A program made the position numbers and the translations under genes. Positions 38,003-59,518 of a stretch of 64,000 bases of DNA are shown here, one piece after another. The stretch is from Takakia lepidozioides (lineage: Eukaryota > Plantae > Bryophyta). Location: positions 30,380,001 to 30,444,000 of the forward strand of contig CM060731.1 in NCBI GenBank assembly GCA_030704615.1, in the 5' to 3' direction. The notes beneath the pieces were generated by a model, which ran no database searches, was not told where the DNA came from, and saw only the letters and a list, made by a program, of their open reading frames with translations. The first letter of the stretch is position 1; every line of letters starts with the position of its first letter.

Positions 38003-40431
38003 CTAGAGGTACTTGACAAACCAGTCAAGCATGAGCTGGTGTGCCTCTACAGCCGCCTCCACTGCTGCTGGAGATGTTTCATCGTATCGTATTGTCCATC
38101 CATGCTTCACGTTTGGAAATATCTTCACATAGCTTTGTAACTGCAAACCAGCAAACATTTCCGATTTGACAAAGACAGAGAGATCAGCTCCAGGTTATGC
38201 TGCACAAGCCTAGCTGAAAAGGAACCTGCCCTGGAAATTGCCTCCAAATTCTGTTAAAAAGACCATGAAAATTAAAACACACTCCACAACCCATCCAACA
38301 ACGTGTCCACATCTCTGAAAGAGATCAGTAGAGGTTGATATAAACTTTCTGCATATGCCACACTCATTACAATGTCAGACACGGAAGAATTAGAACTACC
38401 ACAGTTTACAATAAAGGTGACCTCTGTGCGTGACGCCAGGATTGGTATAGCCTTCTCAGCCCCATCTGTTGGAGCAGCCAATACTGAAACCGGTACATTC
38501 ACCTCTGCATTGACATCCACAGTTCTTGGATTCAACACTGGCATGCACCTCTTCCCTCTTTAAATATTCATTTGGCTCCTTTTCTTGGGAGGTGATTGAC
38601 CTTCCCCAGCTATTCTTCCCTTGTAGCTCTCTGGTTGCTAAATCAGTCTGGGTTCCTACCTGTTCGGGTGTGCCAAGGACATCAGCAAGGTTCATGTACT
38701 GAGTTAATTGGGGGTCTTCCCATTCTCTTTGTCCAAAAAAGGGTTACAGAGAGACGGAGAATAACATCATATATTACATCCCGAAGGTCTTATGCGAGTC
38801 AGGAAGGTAATGAGGCTTTCCAAACCAAAATAGGACTTGGCTGTGCTGCACTGGAACATGCAAGAAAAGAGATGAAAAAAAGCATATTTGTTAAGCACCC
38901 AACAGTACAAGCATACAGCCAACAATTTGGAAAGTGAATACAAAATGCAACGGCACTTGTCACGGAATAAGGCAAGGGGGCTGACCTTCATAGTCTTTAG
39001 TTTCAACAAAGTAGGGATGCAGCTGCACGATTGCTTTAATGATCTCCTCCTGTCCAAGAAGAACTGCAACTTTTGCTGCACAAACAGTAAAGAGATATAT
39101 CAAGAAAACAAATCCCACGGTACGGGAATCAAGAACTAGGGGCAGACTATAAACATTAACCTGGTGGTTGAGGCGCTCTAGTCACAGGGTAGGTTGCAAG
39201 CTGGTTTAATAGGGGTTTCTGAGTCTCATGTGAACAAATACATAGTACATTACATGAGTTGCCTGTGAAGGGGCATTTAGATTGCCCATCCAACATAGGC
39301 AGCAGCTGTAATGGGTTAGCCACAATCTTGAAATCAATTTTGGGACAGGACCAGATAAATGTTGAACCTCTCCAAGTAATGATCAAGAAAATGCTTGAAA
39401 GGAGACAAACAATCACAACAGCCAAACAGTAATACCTCCCCAACAGAAGCCTGCTGCACCAATGGAGCTTATTCCTTTGGCCTTAATCTCCTCCACTAAC
39501 TGCTTTGCAACACCTACTGATTCAGCCTGCATCGCCACCACACAGGCCATTAAAAAGCCACAATCTCACTGTAAAGGTAGGCTACAGCCCCTGCTTTCTA
39601 CCAATCTGGTCGCAAAGCTCTCCAATTCATCATGTCTTCACTGGTGCACGTTGCACTTTCACCTGTCAAATGTTGGAAACATCCATGGTAAACTCCATTC
39701 ATTCTACAATAGCATATGCCTGTACACATTACAATGTCAGAAGGTACATGCACAAATAAAAATTCTTATCATGTTTCTGAAGTGTGTGAAATTTGTACCA
39801 GCGACTGTCTCACATGGGCCCACACATGAATGCAGAAAACCAATAGAGGAGCTTGTACTTATCCTGCCCTCAAGAGTAGGAGAAATTGAGTGATACATTG
39901 ATTAGCCAGTCCCTGCGAAAGGTGGCCCATGGGCATAGTCTGCACAGATCTGCCAGAGCCGGTCCTAGGATCTCAGACGGCCAGGGTATATGACACTCAT
40001 CCTGAATTCCCATACGGCTTGCACTGAGCAAACAAGAATCTAGCTACAAAAAGAAGTACTTATAAAACGTTGTGTGCCATAGCCTCGTGGCCATAGACCC
40101 AATCTAGCTACAAAAGAATGTACTTATGAGATGTTGTTTGCCATAGCCATATGGGATGTCCAGTTTGGTGCCCAGTTTGGGCGGAACAAGAGGGAAGGGC
40201 TCATTCCAGGAGTGGGATTTACCATGGTATAAAGAATTGGTTAAGGCTTTCCGGATTTCCTCGAGTAATCCCTGCACACAAGCATCAATCTGCTGTGTGT
40301 GAGCTGCCCAGCATTTAGACCCCAAGAGGGCCAGGGCTTAAGGCTCAGCCTCGAGATCACGAAAGTTGGTGAACAGAGGTGCAGGGACTAAGTTCTTAAT
40401 GGTGCTGAAGAGGTCTATGTGTGTGAGTGAA

Positions 40432-40463
<32 letters not shown>

Positions 40464-43159
40464 CTCATAAGACGTTGTTTGCCGTAGCCTTGTGGCCATT
40501 GACCCCGCGCCTAGTTTGAGCGGGAACAAAAGGGACAGAACCTACCTCTGTCAGGGGCTGACGTTGGTAGTAAGACTTACCTCCATATAAAGAATTAATC
40601 CGGGTTTTCCAGATATCCTCTAGAAATCCCTTCACACAAGCATCAATCTGCTGTCTGTGATTTGCCCAAAAACTAGGCCTCAGGAGGGCCTGGGCTTTTG
40701 GCTCAGCCTTGAGACTTTCAAAGTTGGTAAACAGGGGTACAGGCACAATTCCCTTAATAGATTTGAAGAGAGCGTCTCTTTGGTGAGAGAACCCCGGACA
40801 GTGTATCAGAAAATGAATACTGTCTTCAGATTGCCCACACAACGGGCAATTGCACTCTCCCTTTCCTCTCTGCTTCTGTTTGCTGTTCAAAGGTAGGCTT
40901 CCTGCCCTGAGTTTAAATTTCAGTCTAGTGCCGAGAGTGTGTAGACCCTTGAGGTCATCCAAGATGTCCTCCCCCATGTCACAGACTGGAAACAAGTTCA
41001 GGGAAGTTTTCTGCCTAACTTCATTTTCATCAGACAATCTCATGGCAACAGACATGGCTGAGGACACTACAGCCTCTAAGTCAGATTTATCCAGCAGGGT
41101 CAAGACTTGCGGATCCAGGTCCAGGTCCTTGAGGATCTCTTCTACTCTCTTCTGCCAGGACTAGCCTGTTTGACAGGTCGGTCCTGTTTCCAAGATATAG
41201 AGTCGATTAATTTAGGATATCTGGTGTTGGGCATATGTTGCAGCTGACCCCACCATCTGACCTTGAATTCATCTCGTCGGGAGCTTAAGGACGGAATGCC
41301 AAACTCACCCCAAACAGCCACATTGGCTGTTTTGGAGCATGCTGACATACACTCCTTAAGCACCCCCACTTGAATGGATTCTAGAGACTTAGCCTGGTTG
41401 GAGTTATCAACCCATATAGCAGATCCGTACTCCAAGGCAGGTCTAATAACACGACAAAGCATGGTTTTCTTAACCTCAGAGTTGACCCCTCTGCAGTGGA
41501 AAAATTTAGTGAGCCCCAGAGCTTTGAAGAGAGAGAGAGAGAGAGAGAGACCGGATGGTGTCTTGGGAGGTATTCAGACACTTTGGCCGTAAACTCATCC
41601 GAAAAGTCCGCCCCAGAGAAGATGTTCGCAGGAGGCTTGAAAATATCTCCGCGAAAAAAATCTGGAACTACCGCCAGGTAGCCCGCTTCTGCCACTTTGT
41701 CGGCCAGTTTCCTGTCATACACATCACAACAAGCCATGCCCCAAGAGATGTCTGATCTTGTCACCCAGACTGAAGAAGGAAATAGAGTAGCCTTCCCAAA
41801 GCCTGCTTAGAACCTTCTGGCTTGAGCAACCTAACACTACAGGTGCAGAGGCATTCCTAGTTGCCTAAAACAGACAGCTATGATGAGTTTGTGGGGACAG
41901 TCACAGGGGATACTGGCCATTCGGGAGTCAGTCCTGGAGTTTAAAAACCTGAATGAAACACAATCTGATTGTCGAAATGACGGAAGATGTAGAACTTGCA
42001 TAGATACTGTAATAGAAGGTCTGACATTCATTCTACCGCTGCCATAGTAGCTCTATACCCGGACACATCTGGACACAATGCAGAGAGAAGACATACAGAG
42101 AGGGACAGTTGTCACCTTAGAAGAGGTCCCTCATATCCTGTAGACAACCAACATAGCAGCGAGAATGTCAGTACATGTGCTCACATTCAAGACCCTGGTG
42201 GGCTCAAGCTTCAATCTGAACTTAAATAGGACTCAACATCAGTTTTGCCTACTCCAGCATCACTTTAGTCTCGTTTTCATTTCACAGTTCTCACCTTTCA
42301 ACCTGATATAACTGTTATCAATCACCTGAGAATGGCAAGCTCGGTACTTTCACACAACGAACAAAGAGATTTTAGCGCAATTAGACTGACTCGGTCCATG
42401 TGCTTACCAGCATGCAACGTGCAACCTGTGAAGCCCTACTGAAGTGCGGAAACTTCTGCATGTGTGCAGTGGAGTCGAAGAATTGGAGAATTTGTGGTAA
42501 CCAATAATCACAGTTAGCACTCCAGCTCAGCGATTTATGTCCACTAGCTTCCCTAAAGGAGGTCCCAGAATTTCATTATAGAGCAACTGGTTCATCTTAC
42601 CCCAGTCAACTGCACCAGGGTACTGCAGGATGCAGCTATGGTGCTAAGAGAAACATGTTGATCAAGTGTTCTCCTACATGAGCTTCCCTCACACTGGATG
42701 GATTGATGTCCTGGTACATGAGTCAGATAGTCCCCATTCAGCCAGGCTCAATTTACAAACACCTATAGAAGTTGACCCAAGACCAATAGTTGTACACTGG
42801 TTCACTGGCTAGCATTCATCCATGTGCGCATTTCCTAGGGAGAGCTGGCTCGGCTGGACTACAGAATGCACACACCTACGGCAAAGTGATAAGCGAATCC
42901 AGAAACGTACAACAAATGCTCAAGCGACCGAAAACGGAGGGGGAACATATGAGATTTTAAAAGAAAGAGAAACGAGGCGGATCAGCTCAACATAACCGAG
43001 GAAGAGAATTGAAGTACCCATAATGTCGTGGATGAGGATCACAGCAGCCGAAGCAGACTCCGAACCACTGACGTACACAGAGAGCCCGGCTATGGTGTCC
43101 ATTGTCCCCACAGAGGTATCCACCGCTGGAGGCGCGGGTATGCAGCACTCCTTCTGCAT
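38003..43159 (-). CDS. Dienelactone hydrolase family alpha/beta hydrolase (endo-1,3;1,4-beta-D-glucanase-like), 7 exons
   Basis: Exons ~43159-43018 (MQKECC...VILIHDIMG), 42137-42116 (YEGPLLR), ~41711-41553 (KLADKVAEAGYLAVVPDFFRGD), ~39526-39436 (IGAAGFCWG), ~39075-38985 (AKV...QLHP), ~38506-38421 (VPVSVLAAPTD), ~38140-38003 (VKIFPNVKHGWTIRY...WFVKYL*). Cys-Asp-His triad present. Confidence 0.9.
40040..40420 (-). mobile_element. Diverged LINE 3' fragment
   Basis: WAAHTQQIDACVQGLLEEIRKALTNSLY parallels the C-terminus of the adjacent LINE. Confidence 0.75.
40459..41525 (-). mobile_element. 5'-truncated LINE ORF2 (RT thumb to CCHC knuckle) in hydrolase intron 3
   Basis: IRPALEYGSAIW, AVWGEFG, KLRAGSLPL, CPLC...EDSIHFLIHCP. 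Bounded on both sides by (GA)n. Confidence 0.85.
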
Positions 43160-44199
43160 GGCGTCGTCTCAAATCGTCTCACCGCACTCTAAGAAGTTCC
43201 ACTCTCTTCTGGTCTCGTGTACGTGAAGGAAAATGGGGGATGTAAGGTAGTTATACCCAAATGTGAGCGTTTAAAGCAGATATGCCCGTACAATTGGTGC
43301 AGTAAGGGGAAAAATTATATGACTGGATTAGCAATTGAACAAACAGCTTGTGGTATGAATTGCATGAATTTTGGACGAAGTGGCTAATTGATATATATTA
43401 TCAAAGTGGCAGGGCACAAAAATGCTATGCATGAGCTATAGAGGGTACCATAACTCACTGAAATATTATCTAATATGAAGCCTACATGTGACCTGATATG
43501 CACGAGATGTGCACTTGAAATGGCCCCCACACACCAACTACTACACCCAATAACTCACCCAACAGCTCGGCCCACAAGAGCAAAATGTACCCTATGGTGC
43601 AGTAGCGAAATAAAGGAGATCGAATGCATGAACTCCAGTAAGCCCTTGGAAACCGTGAATGTGTGCCAAATGTTCAATCCCGCATGTAAAGTGGACCCCA
43701 CTCTCCTAGATTTGGATTCTTATTTAAGCACGTAGTGATCCAAAGTGTGCCAAACTGTGTGCTTTTCCAGCCTGAAACCTCACCTTTCACTGCACTAATT
43801 TGGACCATCCAAGTGTCACAAGCCACGGCTCTCCACCTATTGTTCTCCCGCCACCACCTTGATTCCTCCCGCCATCTCTGTCGCCTCCCAGCAACTCCTT
43901 CCCACCATGGCCCTCCATGACAGCAACTCACTCTACAACAGGTGGTCCCGAACCTGGTTGATGCGCCCATGGCACTCCTACAACTTGCAGATGACTTGTG
44001 TCTTCCCCTGGGGCCTTTGCCCGATGTTTAGCAATAGCAATTTTTTGATTGTGTTTACAGATTGGTGGAGCCCACCCGCACAATGGGGCGATCCATGCAT
44101 GCTTGGGGGAGGGGTTGTTTGCTTTGATTGCTGCATGCAGACGTTCTCCTGCCTCGCTGCAGGCTCGTGCCGACCACTTGGCGTCGAAGGTCCTCTTGG

Positions 44200-46409
44200 C
44201 TAGTCGCTCTTGTGTTCGGGCCTTCTTGAGAGCATCTTTCTCGATCTTCTCGGCTGCCCGCTTTGCTTTACCTTGCAGGGTCTCCTCTTTTTCTGCTCAC
44301 GAGCTTGGGTTGCTTCTTCTTTTAGTCTCACTTTTTGCTCTAGTGCTGCCAAGTATACATCAGATGTCATTATAATTGACTTGTTGTAGTCTATAATAGG
44401 TTCATCTCCTGATGCTCTTACCCTTCGATCGACTGCATGAGCCTCTGGGAGCGTCAAGAATCGGGAGATTGATGAAAGGACCTCTGGCTGGCTGGGAACC
44501 ATCTCCCAGTCTGCGTTATCATCGAACTGCACTAAGGACTCCTGACTACTGCGAAAGTGTGGCTGGTTGTCATCGCCCCTTTCCTGGTCATTGCGCCCAT
44601 CCTCATCTAGCTCTTCGACCACCACAAAGTAGTGGTGGTGATTATCTTGTATGCTGGGCACATGGTTGCCCAACACCTCTTCCACATGAAGGGCAGAAAG
44701 TACGTCTTTTACCTCCCCCTCAGGTGTATCCTCGTCCATTGATTCTGGCCTGATCTCCTCGGCGTGCAGGTCTGGTGTCCCCGGCCCTGAGAAACATTCT
44801 GCCGGCCCCATCTTTCCTGCCATGGCTTCTGGATTCAGAGGCCAGATCCCAGAGGTCTTGAATCCCTTGGCAATGTTGGTAGGGGTTAGTCCTTTTTTTC
44901 AATGCAAGGGAGACCCATTGGGCCAGATCTTCTTTCAACGCTCCTCTTCCTTTATGTGCCATGGTCCAAACATCTCTATATTTCCTGAAGGCAGTCTTAA
45001 AGGGCTTGAACACTGCCACATCAAGGGGCTGGAGTGCATGGGATGTGTGGGAAGGAAGTGTAATGACATCAAGTCCTACTGATCTTGCTTGCTTGACAAT
45101 GTCTAGGGTGACGTGTGAGTTGTGGCCATCCAGAATTAGCAAATGCCTGTTTGTGACGGTAATGTCATTGCCCATTGCCTTTGCTGATTCCAGAAAATGT
45201 GATATCCACTTGTGAAACAATATTGCAGTCATCCATGCTTTTCTTTGCATTGCCATTGTTGCTCCATATTCATATTTGTGAATGTAATTGCGACAACATC
45301 TTTTCCCTTTGAATATGTAGAAGTTTGGGATGTAACTTCCTGCAGCATTCATGCAGATGAGGACGCTCAGCCACTCCCTCTGATCTGGTGTTATAGAATG
45401 AATAGATCTGGATCCGGTCTTGGCCAGCACAACAGCACCTCCGTTTCGCCCAGCTTGGGCCCGTGACTTGTCACAATTCCATATCATTGTTGGCCCATAG
45501 TTGTGCTTCTCATACATCAGTTTCAGGTTAGCATAGAACGTCTTTACGTTCTCTGGACATAGTCCCTTGGCCCTCCCAATTTCTAGTCCTTGAGCTACTC
45601 TCAATGAAAGATGTGGATGTCGTGACCTGAACCATCTCACCCACCCCTAGCCCGAGATTCCATTTGTGAAAGGTGTGACTTTCTCGTGCGTAACTTCAAC
45701 CACCTTCAGACGTAGTTGAGTTAGTGTCAAGGGATGCCTGATATCTTGCATTTTTTCAATATACTGGACTAGTTCAGCTTCTTCCTTGGCGTTTAATGTC
45801 CCTTTGCTGCCTCTCTTCCTACTAGTAGTAACGCCATAAACGTGGTTTCTCAGACTTGTTGCAAGCACTTCAAACATCCTTGCTGCGGATCTGATGCTGT
45901 CTCCACGGTCAACGGCAGCCACGACACCTCGCAACTGTTCATCAGTCCAGTTTCCATTCTTGAGAGGCCTCCTCCCTCTCCTTGGGCGGCCCCCACGCAT
46001 AGCAGGTCCATCAGATCAAAGAGTGTTAATGTCGGCAGGTCCTTCAGTATTTGTCTCTGGCAATGTTGTTGTCTGGTCTAGCTGTACTGCAGATTCTGGT
46101 TGACGTTGGCCTTGGTCCACCTGAAATTCAACTTGATCTTGGGCTTGGGCTTGGCCCACCTGAAAATTCAACTTGGGAATCCTCTCCATGGCCCCACTGG
46201 AAATTTTCAAGGCCATCATCCTCACTTTGACCTCCATCATTTGCATGTTTATACCTTTCATTGTATCCGTCATCTGAGTCACTTGTGAGTGGTTGGCTAC
46301 TGATCTGCGTTCCATCGCTATCATCAGCTACCTCGGTATCTGGCAACAATCGAAAAGCTTGGCTGGGCCTGAAATTCAAGTCCATCGCTGTTGCACACTC
46401 CTCACTCAT
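44200..46409 (-). mobile_element. pogo/Tigger (Tc1/mariner superfamily) transposase, degenerate
   Basis: HTH-psq WTDEQL..VAAVDRG.SIRSAARMFEV..TSL, then CENP-B-type HTH, then DDE_1 motifs IWNCDKS, LLILDGHNSH and HALQPLDVAVFKPFK. Stop at 45647; frameshift near 44895. TIRs not found. Confidence 0.88.
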
Positions 46410-46419
46410 GACTATACAC

Positions 46420-46650
46420 TTAGTAATAAACTAGATTAACTGAAGTGTAAACTAAACCAATCTTCAAACTATGCTCCCTGCACATGAATTAGTAATAATG
46501 TACTGGATTAACTGAAGTGTAAACTAATGGGATTCCAATCTCCAAACTATGCTCCCTGCACATCAATCAATAGTAATGGACTGGATTAACTGAAGTGTAA
46601 ATCAATGCTGAGCCAATCTCCAAACTATGCTCCCTGCACATGAATGAGAA
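46420..46650. repeat. Three ~70-bp tandem copies upstream of the transposase
   Basis: ctXgattaactgaagtgtaaa...caatctXcaaactatgctccctgcacat occurs three times. Confidence 0.85.
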
Positions 46651-47228
46651 CTTGTAGTTTCGAAGTTGTATAATGAAGTTATACATGCAGGCAGAGTGAA
46701 TGGAACCCTGTGAATTTGAAATTGAGCAGCCGCCAAGGCATTTAAAAAAACAAATCAAAGCATATCTGATCAATCCTAAACCCCATGCAGAGTTAATTAG
46801 AATAACAACGTGCGTACATTAGCACTCAGCTTTATTAATATGCCTCCATTTGGCAAATACGCTGATCACAGTATTCAGTACGTTTTTGTTCACCTAACAA
46901 AGCACCATGGGCCCACAATGCCCATGAGGGAACCTTACGACCTTATTGGCAGTAAGGTCGCCGTTTAAGGGCATGCAAAACCACTTTACACCCCAAAAAT
47001 AGGGGTCCATTTTGAGACCTCCTCATATTTGGGCGTTTCTACCTTATATATCACTGTTGGGCGGTTATTTGATTTTCTTCATAACCAGCGGTTACAATAT
47101 ATAGTGCTGTCCATATGTACTGAAACTTCGCCGAAGGAACGGTCCAATATTGGTAGGTAATACCATACCCCGACAGGTAGGTAAGGTGGCCAATACCCTG
47201 AGCAATACCATACTAGGACAATACATAC

Positions 47229-48373
47229 CAGTGTTGGGTGGGTATATGAATTACCCTGATATACCCTGCGGGTATATCAGGGTATATTGATATATATATA
47301 TACCCTGGTGTGGCAAGTTTAGGTACCCGGATGTATACCCTTATATCAGGGTATATTTTTATGATATACCCTTATCCTTATATTTACCTGCATCAAGACG
47401 CTCAATATACCCTACTTTCCTGAAGGGTATATGTTAAAATGATGGGTATATCTAATCAGGGTATATAAGGGCCTTAATGTGCCTTCATAGCCTTTATGTG
47501 CTAGGTCTTTTCTCTTTTTGTTGTGTTGTTAGGGAGCCTTGAGCTATAAGAAAGCTCCAATCACAGCTAAAACAAATGTTACATAAATGTCATTCCTTAA
47601 ATGTCATATAACCCAAACAATACCTCTTCAGATCTCGCATATATATAATATATATATAAAAGGAAACCTGACAGCCCACAATTTATGCCCTTGAGGGGTT
47701 TTTATTAATTTATTAATTTAAGGAAATCTGGGAGCAACGGCCCACAATTCAGGCCCTTGAGGAGGGGGAAAGATACCCCCTTTTATTTATGGGCCATGCG
47801 ACCTACAGGACGATCAACGCCCAAACATACCGTCACACGAACAATCCCACACACAGGGCAGGGCAGCGGGTTCGAACCCCGAACTACTTGAGTGACACAC
47901 ACTGTGCACTTACCAGCTGAGCTACCACCCCATGTGTTTTTTTTAAAATCTCAAACCTCCTCCATCTTGCATTGGAAATTAACACTATCTTATCAATTTT
48001 CTCAGATTGTTTTTTTTTTTGTTTGTGTTTTGTACATATTGAAGAACATCTTGTGAGCAGTCGCTCCCAGGTTTCCTTTTTGAAAAATAAAATAAAAATA
48101 AAAATCATATATTCCTTAAAACCATTAAATTATATATCAATGGAAATAACTATCCATACCCGGAAACTATTCATACCCTCAGGGTATATTTTGGCATATA
48201 TATCCATACCCGGGGGTTATATAGAAATCTGAAAAGTTAATTTACCCATACCCGGAGGGTAAATATTTTTTCGAGATTTCAATTTATCCATACCCGGAGG
48301 GTAAATGATTTGACAAAAATAATTTACTTATACCCTAAGGGTATATTGAAATCAATATACCCGCACAACACTG
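47229..48373. mobile_element. hAT-type MITE
   Basis: TIRs CAGTGTTGGGTGGGTATAT / ATATACCCGCACAACACTG; 8-bp TSD ATACATAC (47221-47228, 48374-48381); many subterminal ATACCC/GGGTAT motifs. Confidence 0.9.
47700..47935 (-). mobile_element. tRNA-derived SINE nested in the hAT MITE
   Basis: Minus strand has an A box GGTAGCTCAGCTGG and a B box GGTTCGAACCC. Its body matches the copy at 58589-58794. Confidence 0.8.
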
Positions 48374-50318
48374 ATACATACCTCCCTCCATGCTGCGGTC
48401 TATATCATACCTGTCTTGTATCGCGATGGAGGATATTACTATTTGATACCAGTATTGCTGCGATTCGAGCTTCCAAACAGCCGAGCAGTAGGTGTATGTG
48501 TGGAGTTAGGGCGAGGGAATTATTCCGTTCAATTAAAAAGGCATGCAAACTTTTGGGTGGGTGTGGAGCCTCTCATTTTAGATTAACAACGTCTTGAATG
48601 CATTGTGGGGCCCGCACATGGTGGGACGTGCAAAATGGAGAGCCCCAGGGGGCCATGGGTCTGCAAGGAATGGTCTACAGCATGGAGGGTCTCCCCATGC
48701 CCCACTAGCAGACCCGCGGGAAAGCCTCTCCTGAGGCACACGCGCTATTCCAAGGTCGAGAGTTTAGAATAAAGCAATAAAATCTCGAATGTTGAGAAAA
48801 AAGCTGTGGGTGTCCCAGTGGTTGGATGCAATCCTTGAAAGTGCAGTGGCTGTGGGTTCAACCTTGAATGATGGTACAATATGTAGAAATGAAAATTGGG
48901 AAGTACACCAATTGTGTACATCCATTTCCATTCTCGAATAACAGTGCGTCCCTTCAATTGCAGTTGGATCCTCATGCTGTGTTGCCTGCGGTGGTTCTTG
49001 AGTTCCCTGTAGGGCCCTCCCCATACCCAGGCATAAACAAGGTAGAGTAAGAAAAGCAATAGCAAAAGAAGGCTGGAAGTGCAAGATGGCATGCAATGAA
49101 GACAAAGTTAATGAGCCCTCACTGGCGAGGCAGGCTCCTGAGTGCTTTGCGTCTGTACAATGCCAATGTCCTCCATCGCGAAATGAACAGGTTGGTGGGG
49201 TTTGGCCACACAAGGCGTAGACAGATGGAAGGCACAAAACCCTAGTTCCATTTTGGCAAGTAAGAATAGACTATCAAATTTGTCCAGCGAGAAATATAAG
49301 AAACAGATATGTGCTGCTTTCAAAAGTATTAGACTCAGAGAGAGAGATTACTCCTTCCGTATCGGACTTGGTGACGAACATCGTTCCAGCTATCCAATCG
49401 GGCCTCATTGAAAGAACCTTGGTAGTTGAAGTGATGGTAGAGAATCAGTCTGCTGCTTTGCCAGCTGTCTCAGGATTCTCCAAGCCTAAATCGGATCAAC
49501 GATAGATGGAACCTCCCTTCCGTCCCCAGCTGAGTTTCATTTTGGAGTAGTAAGATTGATTCTTGTCGTCCACAGTAGCGAGTCGTTCTTCCTTTCCAGG
49601 CATGGTCGATGAAAAGTTGATTGTTGAAGGCTTGTTCCCTTGGATTAGACAGGGAGTTCGCTGATTGTACCCTGGTCAATACCGGTACCTCGACAGCTAT
49701 GAGCAAATTCCCAATACTAAACCAGCACTAGATTGAAGGAGGATCTGATTGGCGCAACACATGGTGGCTTCAGTGTTCTTCGGGCCGATTTTGGTTTCGG
49801 CTCCAAGGTACCAAAACCACTGGGTAACTGAGGCCCATCCGGGTACCCGCCCCACAGTGATTAAGCGGTGTCCTCTATATGCATGGAGGATCCATTTGGG
49901 AATGCCCCAGGTGAGCTCAAAAGTCCTGCTACAATTATTGGTAAAACTCCATTTGAGTTTGATTAATCAACTCCACCATGATATATTTCATCTCCTGAGG
50001 GTGTAGTTATTCTCTAAATGAATGGCTAATGTCATTGCTGATCTTCAAAATATTCCCTACACCCCATTATGCCAATGATGGCAAGTGTTTGAAATAGTTC
50101 TCCCCCTCACTTTCTAACAATGTACAACTGTATGCTCTAAGTATGCAGGTGCGCCTCCTTTAAACGCATCCTGCTTACTGCCTTAGACACATCCTATGCA
50201 CTCAACAATTAGACTGTAGGATTATCTCCTGACATGGCCACTAACTTGAAGGAACAAAAACACATGTTCACACGTACTCATGACAAAAAGGCATATAATG
50301 TTTTTTCTTAGATGACTT

Positions 50319-58183
<7,865 letters not shown>

Positions 58184-58588
58184 GCTAGGAAATTTTCCGA
58201 ACCCAATTCGAAGAGGGCGCGAGTAAGAGTTTCCCGCGAAGATTGAAGATGCTACCTCGACCACCATCCATGAAAATCTGAGCCCGAGCTTCCACCAACT
58301 CTCACCAGACCCGCAAAGCTCCCACACACAAGATTTCTTGCTACCGCCAGAAACACAGACCTTAGTGAATAACCTGAAGTCCTTCCCTGTCTGCTATTGC
58401 AAGTGAAGTACTACATGAGTCAGACAAATATTATCTTTACACACATAAAGATAAAGATAAAGTTTCTTTAGCGTCAGAAGACCCCCTGTGGGCGGGGCCA
58501 GGACGGCCACGGGACGGCCGGCGTAACCAAAGGATTGGTCATTACTTTCAGTAAGAAGACAGTGGTAAATCAAGAGCAGGCCAAGATT

Positions 58589-58794
58589 TATTTTTTTTAT
58601 TTTTTTTAAGAGGAAACCTGGGAACCACAGCCCACAATTCACGCCCTTGAGGAGGGGGAAAAATTAACCCCCTTTCATTTATGGGCTAAGACATACGGTA
58701 CAGTCCCACACAGGGGGCAGGGCAGCAGGTTTGAACCCCGAACCACCAGGGCGACACACCGTGCACTTACCAGCTGAGCTACCACTCGAGGTGC
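58589..58794 (-). mobile_element. tRNA-derived SINE upstream of the kinase gene
   Basis: A and B boxes, A-rich tail, TSD CCAAGATT at 58581-58588 and 58795-58802. Confidence 0.85.
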
Positions 58795-59518
58795 CCAAGA
58801 TTGAGTCTTGCTAGAGAGGTACCGTTGGGTTGTTTTTTTTTTTTTTTTTTCTGGCGAATTTTCGGAATATTTCGATCTCAAAAAATAAAATGGAATATTC
58901 TCTCATGAATTCTCTGTTTTCTCATGGATGAAATTTCCAAACTTCTCCGGATAAAATATAAATTATGGATGAGTTTGTCAAATATGGATTATATACATGG
59001 ATGAAAGTACACATTTCAGTGGATGAACAGAAATTCTGGCTGTTTCCTGCAAAACTCCGTAACCACTCCTGTTATTTTCCACATTTCAAGAAAAAAATCA
59101 CACTTGGGATTCATAAAAACAAATGAAATGTCAACGCGTTGCTGAAGTGTCCAAGTGTTCCTTGAAGGCCAGGTGGATACCTTTATGACATCGAGCGGCA
59201 TGTAGATTGAACCCGCAACCACTAGTGAGGTGGCTTGTGTCGTGACCACTGGGAGTAGTTGATTGGAGTGCGATGGCTGAGATCCCTAGAACTAGAATAA
59301 AAGAAATGAGATTAGTAAGGAAAAGACGACACTGACTGGGTAAGATCCCATGGGACCGTACGCCAAAGAACCCTTGCCCTAGACCTAACATTCCATAAGG
59401 TAAGCTCCCTGAAAATACAAACGGGAAAAACCCATAGGTCTTACGTTTTTTACACTTCTGTAAAGAACTGGGGGTGATTTCTCTCCGTTAATATCGTTTC
59501 ATTATACAGCGTAATAAC

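Noticed and set aside
47860-47935. tRNA gene (also 58725-58794)
   Set aside because: Only the A/B boxes are kept, the cloverleaf is incomplete, and a shared SINE body, A-rich tail and (for one copy) TSD follow.
49100-50010. Possible decayed retroelement coding fragment
   Set aside because: No motif could be read with confidence in any frame.
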